A stretch of 63,162 bases of DNA, the filler included, from Aduncisulcus paluster (lineage: Eukaryota): NCBI GenBank assembly GCA_024181965.1. It is 29 parts of 29 records of this genome, joined end to end, with 100 filler letters (N's around TTAATTAATTAA, not from the genome) between each part and the next. Parts side by side here need not be neighbours in the genome. Positions count along the whole stretch, not along the records: positions 60,139 to 61,989 come from BQXS01012214.1; positions 62,090 to 63,162 come from BQXS01012219.1; 27 more parts are not named here. One strand, 5' to 3'. The notes below the pieces were generated by a model that searched no databases, was not told where the DNA came from, and saw only the letters and a list, made by a program, of their open reading frames with translations. Made by a program: the position numbers and the translations under genes. Each line of letters opens with the position of its first letter. The stretch's first letter is position 1. This document shows positions 60,139 to 63,162 of the stretch, in pieces.

Positions 60139-61989
60139 GCAGAAGAGGATGCAGAGGATGCAGAGGACAAGGAAGGTGGTTTGATGATCCGTCTCCGTTT
60201 CTTCACTCGACGAACATTGATCTTCTTCTTCTTTTGATTCTTTTGATTCTTTTGATTCTTCTCCTTCTTGTTAGAACTGTGACCATGCTTAGTTTGACCT
60301 TTGTTGCGCTTCCTCCTGCGACGCTTGTGTTTCTTCTCTCGCATCATGGATTCAAAGAGTTTCATGGCTCGGGCCTCAACAGACACGGCATCAAACATTT
60401 GCCCAAGGTCTTCTTCTTGGTGAGCATCTTCCTTGACCTCTTGCTCACGATTCTTGCCCATGAGTGACTCTGCTCGGATGCGTCGACATTCAGAGATGAA
60501 TGCGTTCTCTGCACTGACTCGTTCATACAGACGACTGCATATCTCGCACACAATGCTCACAAGGGCACGACGCTTTGGAGGGTCGTTGCACACATACTCC
60601 CACATATCGACAGAGCCAACACTGACGGAAGACGATGGAGGGGCAGACGTTGCAGAGTATGATGAAGAGGAGGAAGAGGAACCAATGGTCCATCATCACC
60701 TTCTTCTTCTCGCAGTGTGGAACTCGCACTCTCGGTGTCCATACTATCATGGAGACTGGACACATCAGGGGTGGATGTTTGTTGTTGGATGAGCATTCCA
60801 AGCTCGGCTTCCTTGGTAATGGTTGTGGAGATCTGCATGCACTGTGTGTTTCGAAGAAGGGAGAGCAGACGTCGAACACGGGAACTGATGCGCCCACTAT
60901 CGAGGGGAAGCGGAGAATCGATGATGTCTCCAGTATCTCCACATACAGTGACAAGGACTGAGTCTAGGTCAGACAGCTTGGAATGTGAGGACAGATCGAA
61001 TGAACTGGATGTTCCATACATGAGAGAGTTTGAGGAGGAATCCTCAAAAATGTCACCTTTCGAATCGGTCACACCAACGATACATATTCGACCTTCTCGG
61101 CGACACCATCTGGCGAGAGGACCAAGGATAGTCCCACCGCTGACAACATTGCTTTGTGTGAGTGCAGTTTATACAGGTCCATGCAGAGGATATTGTTCGT
61201 GTAGATGATCGTGTGTTGTCCTTGGGAGGAGGTAGGGAGAGGTGTTGGAAGAGCTGACGAAGAAGAGGAGGATGAAATCAATGATGATGATGATGAGGAT
61301 GATTGTAACGATGAAGACGAAGTGGCATGGGATAGATGCGAATCTCCATGCGTTTGAGAAGGATGTGAATGTGGATGGGAAGGATCCAGTCCAGACTCAT
61401 CGTCATCTATGCCAGCACAACGTGCATCTGTCCAGATCCCAATGCACACACCTTCAGATGCACCTGCACCTTTATGCGTGGGATAGAATGATACAGACGA
61501 GTCGATGTATTGTGAAAGGGCTGCAGAGAGTAATGTGGGTGTAATGAGGGAGAGCGACTGTAAGGCTACAATGTGACAACGAGACATGGCGGTGGATGAG
61601 CTGGATGTGGAGGGATGAAGACGATGTTGACGGACAACATCAAGGAGGGAAGTCGAGGCAATATCAGCGATTGCACTGACAGACACGGAAAACAATGGAA
61701 ATGCGTCCAGGATAATCGTATCAGAGCCATCGATGACAATGGTGAGTTGTGCGGGACGAGGGCTGCATTGGAGACATTTGTTCACACATTTGCTCACAAG
61801 TGGGACAATCTTAGTCTGGACAAATCGGTCATCTCCAGGAGAGACTTTCATAAGACCATCTTCTGCCAGGGACCAATGGAGAGAAGTACAAAGACATACG
61901 ATGGAAGGGAATTCCTTGGAGGAAGAAGGAGAAGAAACCTGAGAATAAGCCTGAGAAGAAGTGGATGGAGTGGAAGGAGAAAGCGAACC
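60139..61989 (-). CDS. Hypothetical Ser-rich protein in three overlapping frames (frameshifted or spliced)
   Basis: Consecutive minus-strand ORFs with coding-like composition. Confidence 0.4.
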
Positions 61990-62089
61990 NNNNNNNNNNN
62001 NNNNNNNNNNNNNNNNNNNNNNNNNNNNNNNNNTTAATTAATTAANNNNNNNNNNNNNNNNNNNNNNNNNNNNNNNNNNNNNNNNNNNN

Positions 62090-63162
62090 GATGCTCCTGG
62101 TCGTCGGACAGTCATGCAACACCATCTCCAACGGGTTATCCGTCAGATGGGCAGACGAGTCAGTGCAGATGACATCCTGAGGCCCATTCTCAATGCTTTT
62201 GTTCCTCCTCTTACTCAGGTCATGGAGTATGGTCTGAAGGAAGAAGACATGTACAAGTTCCAGGATGCTATCGTGGATCTCTCTGAACGTCCCGATATCA
62301 TTTCATCCAGCCTCTGGCCTTACCTCGAGTGTGTGCTTGCTATCCGGGGTCAGAACATTGAGGAAGAGAGGAACAAGATCGCACAGATGGAACACGGCAA
62401 AGACCTTGGGTTTGATCTATCCTCGGTGAAGTTTGGTGAAGATGACATTGTCACGAAGACATCCCAGGAGGGTGTGTTTGCCGTCCGGACACAGTTGCCA
62501 CCGTTGACGAGGTCTGGCGAATTTGAGTTGATCACAGGTCTTGTTTCCACTGATGAAGCCTTCTTCCTTACACATCAGGCTGACCAGCTTCCTTTGGTCG
62601 ATCAATTGAAATACCATATCCAATGTGCTGTGAACTGTTCCATTGGTCCATGGGAAGCATTGCATGCGTATGAGACCAACTTCAACCGTTCGTACAACAT
62701 TTCCATTGATCTCTTGAAGGATGATATCACAGGACTCAACGAGGAACAGCTTGCTCTTCGTAAGCGTGTTCTTGGTTTCAACCCATCCCTTTCTCCTCTC
62801 ATTCGGTTTGTGTGCAGTCTCGCTGACAATGAGTATCTATGGAAGGACATTGAGGGATCTCTGCGCCATGCCCTTGCCGTTGCTGTTGCCTTGATCCATC
62901 GAGTTGCCATGAAGTTGCCAATCCTCAAAGCAAACGATTCCCTTGGTGTGGATCGTCTTGCCCTCCTCATGGACGAATTGTTCACTCTGCTCAAGACCTC
63001 GACAGGTGTTGTGCGTCTTGTCATGAGTACTTCCAGTGCAACACAAACTATCAGAACGTCACTTCTCAAAGTTGTTGCTCAGGTCCTGACTCAGTTGAGT
63101 GCAGTCAAATATGAATACGAGTTCAACTATGGTGATGCCAAGCGGACGAAGAGGAATGACGA
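62090..63162 (+). CDS. Large hypothetical helical protein, open at both ends (not in ORF track)
   Basis: Frame from 62090 DAPGRRTVMQHHLQRVIRQ...YEYEFNYGDAKRTKRND reads without a stop; biased codons. Confidence 0.8.

Noticed and set aside
5672..62089. Regularly recurring TTAATTAATTAA as a biological repeat or CRISPR-like array
   Set aside because: Always centred in exactly 100-nt N blocks; it is a synthetic six-frame stop linker

Overview
This is not one locus. It is 29 short contigs joined by 28 artificial 100-nt spacers (N44-TTAATTAATTAA-N44, stops in all six frames), so neighbourhoods across spacers mean nothing and X-containing ORF ends in the track are artefacts. Contig 1 (1-5671) is GC-rich bacterial prophage DNA of alphaproteobacterial style: RepB-type primase (missed by the ORF track), DUF6283-like gene, tyrosine integrase, excisionase, XRE repressor/Cro switch, RuvC-like resolvase and SNF2-like helicase. 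The remainder is AT-rich eukaryotic DNA with 70-77-nt GTATGT..AG introns. Its expanded kinase, ARM-like and LRR/Cys-rich families resemble, from recall only, those of the fornicate protist Aduncisulcus paluster. It is packed with mobile DNA: chromodomain Ty3/Gypsy elements with very short LTR candidates and no tRNA-type PBS, a dual-frame DIRS-like retroelement, divergent CMC/CACTA-like transposases, hAT transposases, a non-LTR RT fragment, and a tRNA-like A/B-box unit next to a PPT plus 76-bp LTR. Host genes include NADP-GDH, a TRM2-like methyltransferase, an intron-containing PC4/Sub1 gene, a frameshifted FKBP and a bacterial-type DUF998-like gene. The most promising unexplained signals are the mini-LTR/palindromic-PBS architecture, a recurrent CTA(A/T)4TAG box, the KADSPQRH transposase family and a repeated TTGTC-N4-TTGTC phage operator. 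All calls come from reading motifs by eye; no searches were run.
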